Numbered from the stretch's first letter, positions 12,090 through 26,200 are shown. The stretch: DNA of 64,000 nucleotides from Nemertoderma westbladi (GCA_032718475.1 JAUCBJ010008300.1:1-64000), one strand, 5' to 3'. Numbers and translations: made by a program. Notes: generated by a model not told the origin, from the letters alone.

Positions 12090-12276
12090 GGATCGTTAGA
12101 TCGTCGTCCGGGGTCCGCGGCGGTGTCGTTCCTTTCTCTCGACTCATCTCGCCTTTGGTAGCTGGCAGCCACAGTCTGTCAGTTGGTTGGATCTAGTTCT
12201 ATCACTGTCAGACTGTTAGGGCAGCTGCTAGGATTCTATCTCTGTCAGGGCAGCTGGGCGGATCTAGTTCTGTCAC

Positions 12277-12806
12277 TGTGACGGGATCTACGGATCCCGG
12301 TTTATCCGTTGGGTTTTCTATCCACGCGTCCCCGCCGTGTGTGAAAGGTAAAAGAGTTCTGGTGTTCGGTTATATGTATAAGGTATAATAGTCTGATATA
12401 TATAGCATAGTATGACACAACAGGTAATATGAGTATGATGGCGGTAGCGGACGGTGACAGAAGTCCCCGTTCCACCCTACTGATCTGACTGAGTAAACTA
12501 AACTGATATGATTACAGGTTACTGGTTATATTGCACGGTGGCCTTATTGCTACTCAATCGATGCCTTTCCCCCCTCTGATTGGTTGATACCCTGTTGGCA
12601 CCCTTTGGAGTGTTTCCCTTCACTCCCTGTGTTCTCTCTCGGTTAGGGGTTTGGCCCCTGACCCTTGTTGTGTGTGTCTCCTTTGGGGCCTATTGTCCCC
12701 GTTTACTGGGCTGACACGAGGTTGATTGGTAATCAACCTCGTGCTCCCAATATTGCTTTATGGCTCACTCTATGGGTTCGTGTTAGCGGAATTGGATAAG
12801 CTAACA
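12277..12806 (-). repeat. 5' LTR of element A (530 bp)
   Basis: Direct repeat of 6165-6694. The minus strand has CCAAT (AACCAATCAG), a TATA-like AATATAACC and an Inr-like TCAGTT in promoter order. Confidence 0.95.
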
Positions 12807-15800
12807 ATGGATGAAATTTGATTGCGTCGGAACACCCCCTTTTTGAGGCTCACAGAGTGTAGAGAAAAGTAGCCTATCTCCCTGTTAATAATGTTGTGTT
12901 CTAGAATATTTATTATAGTTTCATCGTATTGCCAAAGCGGCTGGAGCCAAAGTTAATATGTGATAAAATAATTCACCTCAAATTTCTCAGCTATTTCATG
13001 AATATAATGAGTATTAAAGCCATGTCAAAATCCTTGGTGTTTTTCAGCAATAATTTATTAAAATCTCCTCTGATTTTTTACAAAAAACGACATCGATTTT
13101 CATATTCATGACTTCTAACCCACTCCAAGAGATAGACAATCTTAAATGGAAGTCAAAAGAGCAGGTAACACTTACATTTATAGAAGTAATCAGCTGTTCT
13201 TTGCTTCGACTTTCCCCTGGAGATGGATTAATTTTGATTGCGTCGGAACACACCCTTTTTGAGGCTCTCAGAGTGAAGATATAAGTAGCCTATCTCCCTG
13301 TTAATATTGTTGTGTTCTAGAATATGTATTATAGTTTCATCGCATTGCCAAAGCGGCTGGAGCCAAACTTAATATGTGATACAATAATTCACCTCAAATT
13401 TATCAGCTATTTCATGAATATAATGAGTATTAAAGCCATGTCAAAATCCTTGGTGTTTTTCAGCAATAATTTATTAAAATCTCCTCTGATTTTTTTCAAA
13501 AAACGACATCGATTTTCATATTCATGACTTCTAACCCACTCCAAGAGATAGACAATCTTAAATAAAAGTCAAAAGAGCAGGTAACACTTACATTTATAGA
13601 AGTAATCAGCTGTTCTTTGCTTCGTCTTTCCCCTGGAGATGGATGCATTTTGATTGTGTCAAAACACCCCCTTTTTGAGGCTCTCAGATTGAAGAGATAA
13701 GTAGCATATCTCCCTGTTAATATTGTTGTGTTCTAGAATATTAATTATAGTTTCATCGTGTTGCCAAAGCGGCTGGAGCCGAAGTTAATATGTGATACAA
13801 TAATTCACCTCAAATTTCTCAGCTATTTCATGAATACAATGAGTATTAAAGCCATGTCAAAATCCTAGGGGTTTTTCAGCAATAATTTATCAAAATATCC
13901 TCTGATTTTTTTCAAAAACCACATCGATTTTCATATTTATAACTTCTAACCCACTCCATGAGATAGAGAATCTTAAATGAAAGTCAAAAGAGCAGGTAAC
14001 ATTTACATTTATGGAAGTAATCAGCTGTTCTTTGCTTCGTCTTTCCCCTGGAGATGGATGAATTTGATTGCGTTGGAACACCCCCTTTTTGAGGCTCTCA
14101 GAGTGAAGATATAAGTAGCCTATCTCCCTGTTAATATTGTTGTGTTCTAGAATATTTAATATAGTTTCATAGTATTGCCAAAGCGGCTGGAGCCGAAGTT
14201 AGTATGTGATACAATATTTCACCTCAAATTTCTCAGCTATTTCATGAATATAATGAGTATTAAAGCCATGTCAAAATCCTTGGTGTTTTCAGCATTAATT
14301 TATTAAAATCTCCTCTGATTTTTTACAAAAAACGACATCGATTTTCATATTTATAACTTCTAACCCACTCCACGAGATAGAGAATCTTAAACGAAAGTCA
14401 TAAGAACAGGTAACACTTACATTTATAGAAGTAATCAGCTGTAATTTGCTTCGTCTTTCCCCAGGAGATGGATGAATTTTTATTGCGTCGGAACACCCAC
14501 CCCCTTTCTGAGGCTCTCAGAGTGGAGAGATAAGTAGCCTATCTTCCTGTTAATATTGTTGTGTTCTAGAATATTTATTATAGTTTCATCGTATTGCCAA
14601 AGCGGCTGGAGCCAAAGATAATATGTAATGCAATAATTCACCTCAAATATCTCAGCTAGTTCATGAATATAATGATTATAAAATCCTTGTCAAAATCCTT
14701 GGTGTTTTTCAGCATTAATTTATTAAAATCTCCTCTGATTTTTTACAAAAAACGACATCGATTTTCATATTTATAACTTCTAACCCACTCCACGAGATAG
14801 AGAATCTTAAACGAAAGTCATAAGAACAGGTAACACTTACATTTATAGAAGTAATCAGCTGTAATTTGCTTCGTCTTTCCCCAGGAGATGGATGAATTTT
14901 GATTGCGTCGGAACACCCCCTTTCTGAGGCTCTCAGAGTGGAGAGATATGTAGCCTATCTTCCTGTTAATATTGTTGTGTTCTAGAATATTAATTATAGT
15001 TTCATCGTGTTGCCAAAGCGGCTGGAGCCAAAGATAATATGTAATGCAATAATTCACCTCAAATATCTCAGCTAGTTCATGAATATAATGAGTATTAAAT
15101 CCTTGTCAAAATCCTCGGTGTTTTTCAGCAATAATTTATTAAAATCTCCTCTGATTTTTTACAAAAAACGACATCGATTTTCATATTCATGACTTCTAAC
15201 CCACTCCAAGAGATAGACAATCTTAAATGAAAGTCAAAAGAGCAGGTAACACTTACATTTATAGAAGTAATCAGCTGTTCTTTGCATCGTCTTTCCCCTG
15301 GAGATGGATGAATTTGATTGCGTTGGAACACCCCCTTTTTGAGGCTCTCGGAGTGAAGATATAAGTATCCTATCTCCCTGTTAATATTGTTGTGTTCTAG
15401 AATATGTATTCTAGTTTCATCGTATTGTCAAAGCGGCTGGAGCCGAAGTTAATATGTGATACAATAATTCACCTCAAATTTCTCAGCTATTTCATGAATA
15501 TAATGAGTATTAAAGCCATGTCAAAATCCTTGGTGTTTTTCAGCATTAATTTATTAAAATCTCCTCTGATTTTTTACAAAAAACGACATCGATTTTCATA
15601 TTCATGACTTCTAACCCATTCCAAGAGATAGACAATCTTAAATGAAAGTCAAAAGAGCAGGTAACACTTACATTTATAGAAGTAATCAGCTGTTCTTTGC
15701 TTCGTCTTTCCCCTGGAGATGGATGAATTTTGATTGCGTCGGAACACCCCCTTTTTGAGGCTCTCAGAGTGAAGATATAAGTAGCCTATCTCCCTGTTAA

Positions 15801-15823
15801 TATTTTTGTGTTCTAGAATATGT

Positions 15824-16342
15824 GTGGTGAGCCACGAAGTTGGCGGAGCCTTAGCGAATTGACACTGTTAGGGGGTGGGTCAATTTATGCAAATAGTTGT
15901 CGTCGTCGTCGTCGTCGTCGTTGTCGTCGTCGTCGTCGTCGTTGTCGTCGTCGTTGTCGTCGTCGTTACGATTTTGACATGCTAATAACTTTGTCGGATT
16001 TAAAGCTGCCAAGTTGAAAATTTGTAGGTATCAATATGAGCAAAAGTTGAGATTTTTGAGAGACTTTCAGACACCATCAGTGCAATGGTCTCCCGCTAGA
16101 GGGCCACATGTCTAAACATTAAATGCCCTCCCATTTCTTTGCTTTTAATCCGTTTAAGCTGAAACTTGGCAGATATGTATTAGACCATTAGCTGTGACTT
16201 TCAAAGGAGGCGAATCCATCTGCAGTTCTCCAGTCTGCCGCTAGAGGGCCAACGTGACTATTTGCATAAATTGACCTACCCCCTAACAGTGTCAATTCGC
16301 TAAGGCTCTGCCAACTTCGTGCTGCGCGAAGTCCCCACTTCG
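15824..16342 (+). mobile_element. ~520-bp non-autonomous element, Helentron/HINE-like (or MITE), copy 1
   Basis: ~65-bp subterminal inverted repeats (CACGAAGTTGGC...ATGCAAATAGT / ACTATTTGCAT...GCCAACTTCGTG), a (GTC/GTT)n microsatellite after the left IR, and a 3' terminal hairpin CGAAGT-CCCC-ACTTCG. Ends are uncertain by 2-3 bp (possible TGT duplication). Confidence 0.75.
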
Positions 16343-19300
16343 TGTATTATAGTTTCATCGTATTGCCAAAGCGGCTGGAGCCGAACTTAATATGTGATAC
16401 AATAATTCACCTCAAATTTCTCAGCTATTTCATGAATATAATGAGTATTAAAGCCATGTCAAAATCCTTGGTGTTTTTCAGCAATAATTTATTAAAATCT
16501 CCTCTGATTTTTTACAAAAAACGACATCGATTTTCATATTCATGACTTCTAACCCACTCCAAGAGATAGACAATCTTAAATGGAAGTCAAAAGAGCAGGT
16601 AACACTTACATTTATAGAAGTAATCAGCTGTTCTTTGCTTCGTCTTTCCCCTGGAGATGGATGAATTTTGATTGCGTCGGAACACCCCCTTTTTGAGGCT
16701 CTCAGAGTGAAGATATAAGTAGCCTATCTCCCTGTTAATATTGTTGTGTTCTAGAATATGTATTATAGTTTCATCGTATTGCCAAAGCGGCTGGAGCCGA
16801 ACTTAATATGTGATACAATAATTCACCTCAAATTTCTCAGCTATTTCATGAATATAATGAGTATTAAAGCCATGTCAAAATCCTTGGTGTTTTTCTGCAA
16901 TAATTTATTAAAATCTCCTCTGATTTTTTACAAAAAACGATATCGATTTTCATATTCATGACTTCTAACCCACTCCAAGAGATAGACAATCTTAAATGGA
17001 AGTCAAAAGAGCAGGTAACACTTACATTTATAGAAGTAATCAGCTGTTCTTTGCTTCGTCTTTCCCCTGGAGATGGATGCATTTTGATTGTGTCAGAACA
17101 CCCCCTTTTTGAGGCTACAGAGTGAAGAGATAAGTAGCATATCTCCCTGTTAATATTGTTGTGTTCTACAATATTAATTATAGTTTCATCGTGTTGCCAA
17201 AGCGGCTGGAGCCAAAGATAATATGTAATGCAATAATTCACCTCAAATATCTCAGCTAGTTCATAAATATAATGAGTATTAAATCCTTGTCAAAATCCTT
17301 GGTGTTTTTCAGCAATAATTTATTAAAATCTCCTCTGATTTTTTACAAAAAACGACATCGATTTTCGTATTCATGACTTCTAACCCACTCCAAGAGATAG
17401 ACAATCTTAAATGAAAGTCAAAAGAGCAGGTAACACTTACATTTATAGAAGTAATCAGCTGTTCTTTGCTTCGTCTTTCCCCTGGAGATGGATGAATTTG
17501 ATTGCGTCGGAACACCCCCTTTTTGAAGCTCTCAGAGTGAAGATATAAGTAGCCTATCTCCCTGTTAATATTGTTGTGTTCTAGAATATTTAATATAGTT
17601 TCATCGTATTGCCAAAGCGGGTGGAGCCGAATTTAATATGTGATACAATGATTCACCTCAAATTTCTCAGCTATTTCATGAATATAATGAGTATTAAAGC
17701 CATGTCAAAATCCTTGGTGTTTTTCAGCATTAATTTATTCAAATCTCCTCTGATTTTTTACAAAAACGACATCGATTTTCATATTTATAACTTCTAACCC
17801 ACTCCACGAGATAGAGAATCTTAAACGAAAGTCATAAGAACAGGTAACACTTACATTTATAGAAGTAATCAGCTGTAATTTGCTTCGTCTTTCCCCAGGA
17901 GATGGATGAATTTTGATTGCGTCGGAACACCCCCTTTCTGAGGCTCTCAGAGTGGAGAGATAAGTAGCCTATCTTCCTGTTAATATTGTTGTGTTCTAGA
18001 ATATTTATTATAGTTTCATCGTATTGCCAAAGCGGCTGGAGCCGAAGTTAATATGTGATACAATAATTCACCTCAAATTTCTCAGCTATTTCATGAATAT
18101 AATGAGTATTAAAGCCATGTCAAAATCCTTGGTGTTTTTCAGCATTAATTTATTCAAATCTCCTCTGATTTTTTACAAAAAACGACATCAATTTTCATAT
18201 TCATGACTTCTAACCCATTCCAAGAGATAGACAATCTTAAATGAAAGTCAAAGGGAGCAGGTAACACTTACATTTATAGAAGTAATCAGCTGTTCTTTGC
18301 TTCGTCTTTCCCCTGGAGATGGATGAATTTTGATTGCGTCGGAACACCCCCTTTTTGAGGCTCTCAGAGTGAAGATATAAGTAGCCTATCTCCCTGTTAA
18401 TATTGTTGTGTTCTAGAATATGTATTATAGTTTCATCGTATTGCCAAAGCGGCTGGAGCCGAACTTAATATGTGATACAATAATTCACCTCAAATTTCTC
18501 AGCTATTTCATGAATATAATGAGTATTAAAGCCATGTCAAAATCCTTGGTGTTTTTCAGCAATAATTTATTCAAATCTCCTCTGATTTTTTACAAAAACG
18601 ACATCGATTTTCATATTTATAACTTCTAACCCACTCCACGAGATAGAGAATCTTAAACGAAAGTCATAAGAACAGGTAACACTTACATTTATAGAAGTAA
18701 TCAGCTGTAATTTGCTTCGTCTTTCCCCAGGAGATGGATGAATTTTGATTGCGTCGGAACACCCCCTTTCTGAGGCTCTCAGAGTGGAGAGATAAGTAGC
18801 CTATCTTCCTGTTAATATTGTTGTGTTCTAGAATATTTATTATAGTTTCATCGTATTGCCAAAGCGGCTGGAGCCGAAGTTAATATGTGATACAATAATT
18901 CACCTCAAATTTCTCAGCTATTTCATGAATATAATGAGTATTAAAGCCATGTCAAAATCCTTGGTGTTTTTCAGCATTAATTTATTCAAATCTCCTCTGA
19001 TTTTTTACAAAAAACGACATCAATTTTCATATTCATGACTTCTAACCCATTCCAAGAGATAGACAATCTTAAATGAAAGTCAAAGGGAGCAGGTAACACT
19101 TACATTTATAGAAGTAATCAGCTGTTCTTTGCTTCGTCTTTCCCCTGGAGATGGATGAATTTTGATTGCGTCGGAACACCCCCTTTTTGAGGCTCTCAGA
19201 GTGAAGATATAAGTAGCCTATCTCCCTGTTAATATTGTTGTGTTCTAGAATATGTATTATAGTTTCATCGTATTGCCAAAGCGGCTGGAGCCGAACTTAA

Positions 19301-22300
19301 TATGTGATACAATAATTCACCTCAAATTTCTCAGCTATTTCATGAATATAATGAGTATTAAAGCCATGTCAAAATCCTTGGTGTTTTTCAGCAATAATTT
19401 ATGAAAATCTCCTCTGATTTTTTACAAAAAACGACATCGATTTTCATATTCATGACTTCTAACCCACTCCAAGAGATAGACAATCTTAAATGGAAGTCAA
19501 AAGAGCAGGTAACACTTACATTTATAGAAGTAATCAGCTGTTCTTTGCTTTGTCTTTCCCCTGGAGATGGATGAATTTTGATTGCGTCGGAACACCCCCT
19601 TTTTGAGGCTCTCAGAGTGAAGATATAAGTAGCCTATCTCCCTGTTAATATTGTTGTATTCTATTGGAGTGTTTGCTTCGTCTTTCCCCAGGAGATGGAT
19701 GAATTTTGATTGTGTCAGAACACCCCCTTTTTGAGGCTCTCAGAGTGAAGAGATAAGTAGCATATCTCCCTGTTAATATTGTTGTGTTCTAGAATATTAA
19801 TTATAGTTTCATCGTGTTGTCAAAGCGGCTGGAGCCAAAGATAATATGTAATGCAATAATTCAACTCAAATATCTCAGCTAGTTCATGAATATAATGAGT
19901 ATTAAATCCTTGTCAAAATAATTGGTGTTTTTCAGCAATAATTTATTAAAATCTCCTCTGATTTTTTACAAAAAACGACATCGATTTTCATATTCATGAC
20001 TTCTAACCCACTCCGAGAGATAGACAATCTTAAATGGAAGTCAAAAGAGCAGGTAACACTTACATTTATAGAAGTAATCAGCTGTTCTTTGCTTCGTCTT
20101 TCCCCTGGAGATGGATGAATTTTGATTGCCTCGGAACACCCCCTTTTTGAGGCTCTCAGAGTGAAGATATAAGTAGCCTATCTCCCTGTTAATATTGTTG
20201 TGTTCTAGAATATGTATTATAGTTTCATCGTATTGCCAAAGCGGCTGGAGCCGAAGTTAATATGTAATGCAATAATTCACCTCAAATTTATCAGCTATTT
20301 CATGAATATAATGAGTATTAAAGCCATGTCAAAATCCTTGGTGTTTTTCAGCAATAATTTATTAAAATCTCCTCTGATTTTTTTCAAAAAACGACATCGA
20401 TTTTCATATTCATGACTTCTAACCCACTCCAAGAGATAGACAATCTTAAATAAAAGTCAAAAGAGCAGGTAACACTTACATTTATAGAAGTAATCAGCTG
20501 TTCTTTGCTTCGTCTTTCCCCTGGAGATGGATGCATTTTGATTGTGTCAAAACACCCCCTTTTTGAGGCTCTCAGATTGAAGAGATAAGTAGCATATCTC
20601 CCTGTTAATATTGTTGTGTTCTAGAATATTAATTATAGTTTCATCGTGTTGCCAAAGCGGCTGGAGCCGAAGTTAATATGTGATACAATAATTCACCTCA
20701 AATTTCTCAGCTATTTCATGAATACAATGAGTATTAAAGCCATGTCAAAATCCTAGGGGTTTTTCAGCAATAATTTATCAAAATATCCTCTGATTTTTTT
20801 CAAAAACCACATCGATTTTCATATTTATAACTTCTAACCCACTCCATGAGATAGAGAATCTTAAATGAAAGTCAAAAGAGCAGGTAACACTTACATTTAT
20901 GGAAGTAATCAGCTGTTCTTTGCTTCGTCTTTCCCCTGGAGATGGATGAATTTGATTGCGTTGGAACACCCCCTTTTTGAGGCTCTCAGAGTGAAGATAT
21001 AAGTAGCCTATCTCCCTGTTAATATTGTTGTGTTCTAGAATATTTAATATAGTTTCATAGTATTGCCAAAGCGGCTGGAGCCGAAGTTAGTATGTGATAC
21101 AATATTTCACCTCAAATTTCTCAGCTATTTCATGAATATAATGAGTATTAAAGCCATGTCAAAATCCTTGGTGTTTTCAGCATTAATTTATTAAAATCTC
21201 CTCTGATTTTTTACAAAAAACGACATCGATTTTCATATTTATAACTTCTAACCCACTCCACGAGATAGAGAATCTTAAACGAAAGTCATAAGAACAGGTA
21301 ACACTTACATTTATAGAAGTAATCAGCTGTAATTTGCTTCGTCTTTCCCCAGGAGATGGATGAATTTTTATTGCGTCGGAACACCCCCTTTCTGAGGCTC
21401 TCAGAGTGGAGAGATAAGTAGCCTATCTTCCTGTTAATATTGTTGTGTTCTAGAATATTTATTATAGTTTCATCGTATTGCCAAAGCGGCTGGAGCCAAA
21501 GATAATATGTAATGCAATAATTCACCTCAAATATCTCAGCTAGTTCATGAATATAATGATTATAAAATCCTTGTCAAAATCCTTGGTGTTTTTCAGCATT
21601 AATTTATTAAAATCTCCTCTGATTTTTTACAAAAAACAACATCGATTTTCATATTTATAACTTCTAACCCACTCCACGAGATAGAGAATCTTAAACGAAA
21701 GTCATAAGAACAGGTAACACTTACATTTATAGAAGTAATCAGCTGTAATTTGCTTCGTCTTTCCCCAGGAGATGGATGAATTTTGATTGCGTCGGAACAC
21801 CCCCTTTCTGAGGCTCTCAGAGTGGAGAGATATGTAGCCTATCTTCCTGTTAATATTGTTGTGTTCTAGAATATTAATTATAGTTTCATCGCGTTGCCAA
21901 AGCGGCTGGAGCCAAAGATAATATGTAATGCAATAATTCACCTCAAATATCTCAGCTAGTTCATGAATATAATGAGTATTAAATCCTTGTCAAAATCCTC
22001 GGTGTTTTTCAGCAATAATTTATTAAAATCTCCTCTGATTTTTTACAAAAAACGACATCGATTTTCATATTCATGACTTCTAACCCACTCCAAGAGATAG
22101 ACAATCTTAAATGAAAGTCAAAAGAGCAGGTAACACTTACATTTATAGAAGTAATCAGCTGTTCTTTGCTTCGTCTTTCCCCTGGAGATGGATGAATTTG
22201 ATTGCGTTGGAACACCCCCTTTTTGAGGCTCTCAGAGTGAAGATATAAGTATCCTATCTCCCTGTTAATATTGTTGTGTTCTAGAATATGTATTCTAGTT

Positions 22301-22707
22301 TCATCGTATTGTCAAAGCGGCTGGAGCCGAAGTTAATATGTGATACAATAATTCACCACAAATTTCTCAGCTATTTCATGAATATAATGAGTATTAAAGC
22401 CATGTCAAAATCCTTGGTGTTTTTCAGCATTAATTTATTAAAATCTCCTCTGATTTTTTACAAAAAACGACATCGATTTTCATATTCATGACTTCTAACC
22501 CATTCCAAGAGATAGACAATCTTAAATGAAAGTCAAAAGAGCAGGTAACACTTACATTTATAGAAGTAATCAGCTGTTCTTTGCTTCGTCTTTCCCCTGG
22601 AGATGGATGAATTTTGATTGCGTCGGAACACCCCCTTTTTGAGGCTCTCAGAGTGAAGATATAAGTAGCCTATCTCCCTGTTAATATTGTTGTGTTCTAG
22701 AATATGT

Positions 22708-23226
22708 GTGGTGAGCCACGAAGTTGGCGGAGCCTTAGCGAATTGACACTGTTAGGGGGTGGGTCAATTTATGCAAATAGTTGTCGTCGTCGTCGTCGTC
22801 GTCGTTGTCGTCGTCGTCTTCGTCGTTGTCGTCGTCGTTGTCGTCGTCGTTACGATTTTGACATGCTAATAACTTTGTCGGATTTAAAGCTGCCAAGTTG
22901 AAAATTTGTAGGTATCAATATGAGCAAAAGTTGAGATTTTTGAGAGACTTTCAGACACCATCAGTGCAATGGTCTCCCGCTAGAGGGCCACATGTCTAAA
23001 CATTAAATGCCCTCCCATTTCTTTGCTTTTAATCCGTTTAAGCTGAAACTTGGCAGATATGTATTAGACCATTAGCTGTGACTTTCAAAGGAGGCGAAAC
23101 CATCTGCAGTTCTCCAGTCTGCCGCTAGAGGGCCAACGTGACTATTTGCATAAATTGACCTACCCCCTAACAGTGTCAATTCGCTAAGGCTCTGCCAACT
23201 TCGTGCTGCGCGAAGTCCCCACTTTG
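22708..23226 (+). mobile_element. HINE/MITE-like element, copy 2
   Basis: Near-identical to 15824-16342, at the same position within the monomer, offset 6884 bp. Confidence 0.75.
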
Positions 23227-26200
23227 TGTATTATAGTTTCATCGTATTGCCAAAGCGGCTGGAGCCGAACTTAATATGTGATACAATAATTCACCTCAAA
23301 TTTCTCAGCTATTTCATGAATATAATGAGTATTAAAGCCATGTCAAAATCCTTGGTGTTTTTCAGCAATAATTTATTAAAATCTCCTCTGATTTTTTACA
23401 AAAAACGACATCGATTTTCATATTCATGACTTCTAACCCACTCCAAGAGATAGACAATCTTAAATGGAAGTCAAAAGAGCAGGTAACACTTACATTTATA
23501 GAAGTAATCAGCTGTTCTTTGCTTCGTCTTTCCCCTGGAGATGGATGAATTTTGATTGCGTCGGAACACCCCCTTTTTGAGGCTCTCAGAGTGAAGATAT
23601 AAGTAGCCTATCTCCCTGTTAATATTGTTGTGTTCTAGAATATTTATTATAGTTTCATCGTATTGCCAAAGCGGCTGGAGCCGAAGTTAATATGTGATAC
23701 AATAATTCACCTCAAATTTCTCAGCTATTTCATGAATATAATGAGTATTAAAGCCATGTCAAAATCCTTGGTGTTTTTCAGCATTAATTTATTCAAATCT
23801 CCTCTGATTTTTTACAAAAAACGACATCAATTTTCATATTCATGACTTCTAACCCATTCCAAGAGATAGACAATCTTAAATGAAAGTCAAAGGGAGCAGG
23901 TAACACTTACATTTATAGAAGTAATCAGCTGTTCTTTGCTTCGTCTTTCCCCTGGAGATGGATGAATTTTGATTGCGTCGGAACACCCCCTTTTTGAGGC
24001 TCTCAGAGTGAAGATATAAGTAGCCTATCTCCCTGTTAATATTGTTGTATTCTAGAATATGTATTATAGTTTCATCGTATTGCCAAAGCGGCTGGAGCCG
24101 AACTTAATATGTGATACAATAATTCACCTCAAATATCTCAGCTAGTTCATGAATATAATGATTATAAAATCCTTGTCAAAATCCTTGGTGTTTTTCAGCA
24201 TTAATTTATTAAAATCTCCTCTGATTTTTTACAAAAAACGACATCGATTTTCATATTTATAACTTCTAACCCACTCCACGAGATAGAGAATCTTAAACGA
24301 AAGTCATAAGAACAGGTAACACTTACATTTATAGAAGTAATCAGCTGTAATTTGCTTCGTCTTTCCCCAGGAGATGGATGAATTTTGATTGCGTCGGAAC
24401 ACCCCCTTTCTGAGGCTCTCAGAGTGGAGAGATATGTAGCCTATCTTCCTGTTAATATTGTTGTGTTCTAGAATATTAATTATAGTTTCATCGTGTTGCC
24501 AAAGCGGCTGGAGCCAAAGATAATATGTAATGCAATAATTCACCTCAAATATCTCAGCTAGTTCATGAATATAATGAGTATTAAATCCTTGTCAAAATCC
24601 TCGGTGTTTTTCAGCAATAATTTATTAAAATCTCCTCTGATTTTTTACAAAAAACGACATCGATTTTCATATTCATGACTTCTAACCCACTCCAAGAGAT
24701 AGACAATCTTAAATGAAAGTCAAAATAGCAGGTAACACTTACATTTATAGAAGTAATCAGCTGTTCTTTGCTTCGTCTTTCCCCTGGAGATGGATGAATT
24801 TGATTGCGTTGGAACACCCCCTTTTTGAGGCTCTCAGAGTGAAGATATAAGTATCCTATCTCCCTGTTAATATTGTTGTGTTCTAGAATATGTATTCTAG
24901 TTTCATCGTATTGTCAAAGCGGCTGGAGCCGAAGTTAATATGTGATACAATAATTCACCACAAATTTCTCAGCTATTTCATGAATATAATGAGTATTAAA
25001 GCCATGTCAAAATCCTTGGTGTTTTTCAGCATTAATTTATTAAAATCTCCTCTGATTTTTTACAAAAAACGACATCGATTTTCATATTCATGACTTCTAA
25101 CCCACTCCAAGAGATAGACAATCTTAAATGGAAGTCAAAAGAGCAGGTAACACTTACATTTATAGAAGTAATCAGCTGTTCTTTGCTTCGTCTTTCCCCT
25201 GGAGATGGATGAATTTTGATTGCGTCGGAACACCCCCTTTTTGAGGCTCTCAGAGTGAAGATATAAGTAGCCTATCTCCCTGTTAATATTGTTGTGTTCT
25301 AGAATATTTATTATAGTTTCATCGTATTGCCAAAGCGGCTGGAGCCGAAGTTAATATGTGATACAATAATTCACCTCAAATTTCTCAGCTATTTCATGAA
25401 TATAATGAGTATTAAAGCCATGTCAAAATCCTTGGTGTTTTTCAGCATTAATTTATTCAAATCTCCTCTGATTTTTTACAAAAAACGACATCAATTTTCA
25501 TATTCATGACTTCTAACCCATTCCAAGAGATAGACAATCTTAAATGAAAGTCAAAGGGAGCAGGTAACACTTACATTTATAGAAGTAATCAGCTGTTCTT
25601 TGCTTCGTCTTTCCCCTGGAGATGGATGAATTTTGATTGCGTCGGAACACCCCCTTTTTGAGGCTCTCAGAGTGAAGATATAAGTAGCCTATCTCCCTGT
25701 TAATATTGTTGTGTTCTAGAATATGTATTATAGTTTCATCGTATTGCCAAAGCGGCTGGAGCCGAACTTAATATGTGATACAATAATTCACCTCAAATTT
25801 CTCAGCTATTTCATGAATATAATGAGTATTAAAGCCATGTCAAAATCCTTGGTGTTTTTCAGCAATAATTTATGAAAATCTCCTCTGATTTTTTACAAAA
25901 AACGACATCGATTTTCATATTCATGACTTCTAACCCACTCCAAGAGATAGACAATCTTAAATGGAAGTCAAAAGAGCAGGTAACACTTACATTTATAGAA
26001 GTAATCAGCAGTTCTTTGCTTCGTCTTTCCCCTGGAGATGGATGAATTTTGATTGCGTCGGAACACCCCCTTTTTGAGGCTCTCAGAGTGAAGATATAAG
26101 TAGCCTATCTCCCTGTTAATATTGTTGTATTCTATTGGAGTGTTTGCTTCGTCTTTCCCCAGGAGATGGATGAATTTTGATTGTGTCAGAACACCCCCTT

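Larger units (their letters stand above)
6165..12806 (-). mobile_element. non-autonomous BEL/Pao LTR retrotransposon (element A, 6642 bp)
   Basis: Two 530-bp TG...CA LTRs, a 5-bp TSD ATGGA (6160-6164 and 12807-12811), a PPT next to the left LTR, and BEL/Pao-type gag remnants on the minus strand. No RT, RNase H or integrase core motifs were found. Confidence 0.9.

Noticed and set aside
15820-16017. Arg/Cys-rich protamine-like ORF (also 22704-22901 and 30555-30752)
   Set aside because: It is the translation of the (GTC/GTT)n microsatellite in the HINE-like element, and its ATG comes from the flanking satellite.
16343-16758. Satellite monomer as a repeated exon, an LRR unit (LVFFSNNL), or a relic of a LINE endonuclease (GDFN, ADYFY on the minus strand)
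   Set aside because: The candidate minus-strand exon (AG...GTAAGT) is 122 nt and not phase-symmetric, and indels occur inside it. The motif matches are short, fall in different frames and are wrongly spaced. A profile search of the consensus would be needed to revive this idea.
16343-16758. Hammerhead ribozyme in the satellite (as in newt, cricket and schistosome satellites)
   Set aside because: No CTGANGA...GAAA core with flanking stems was found on either strand.
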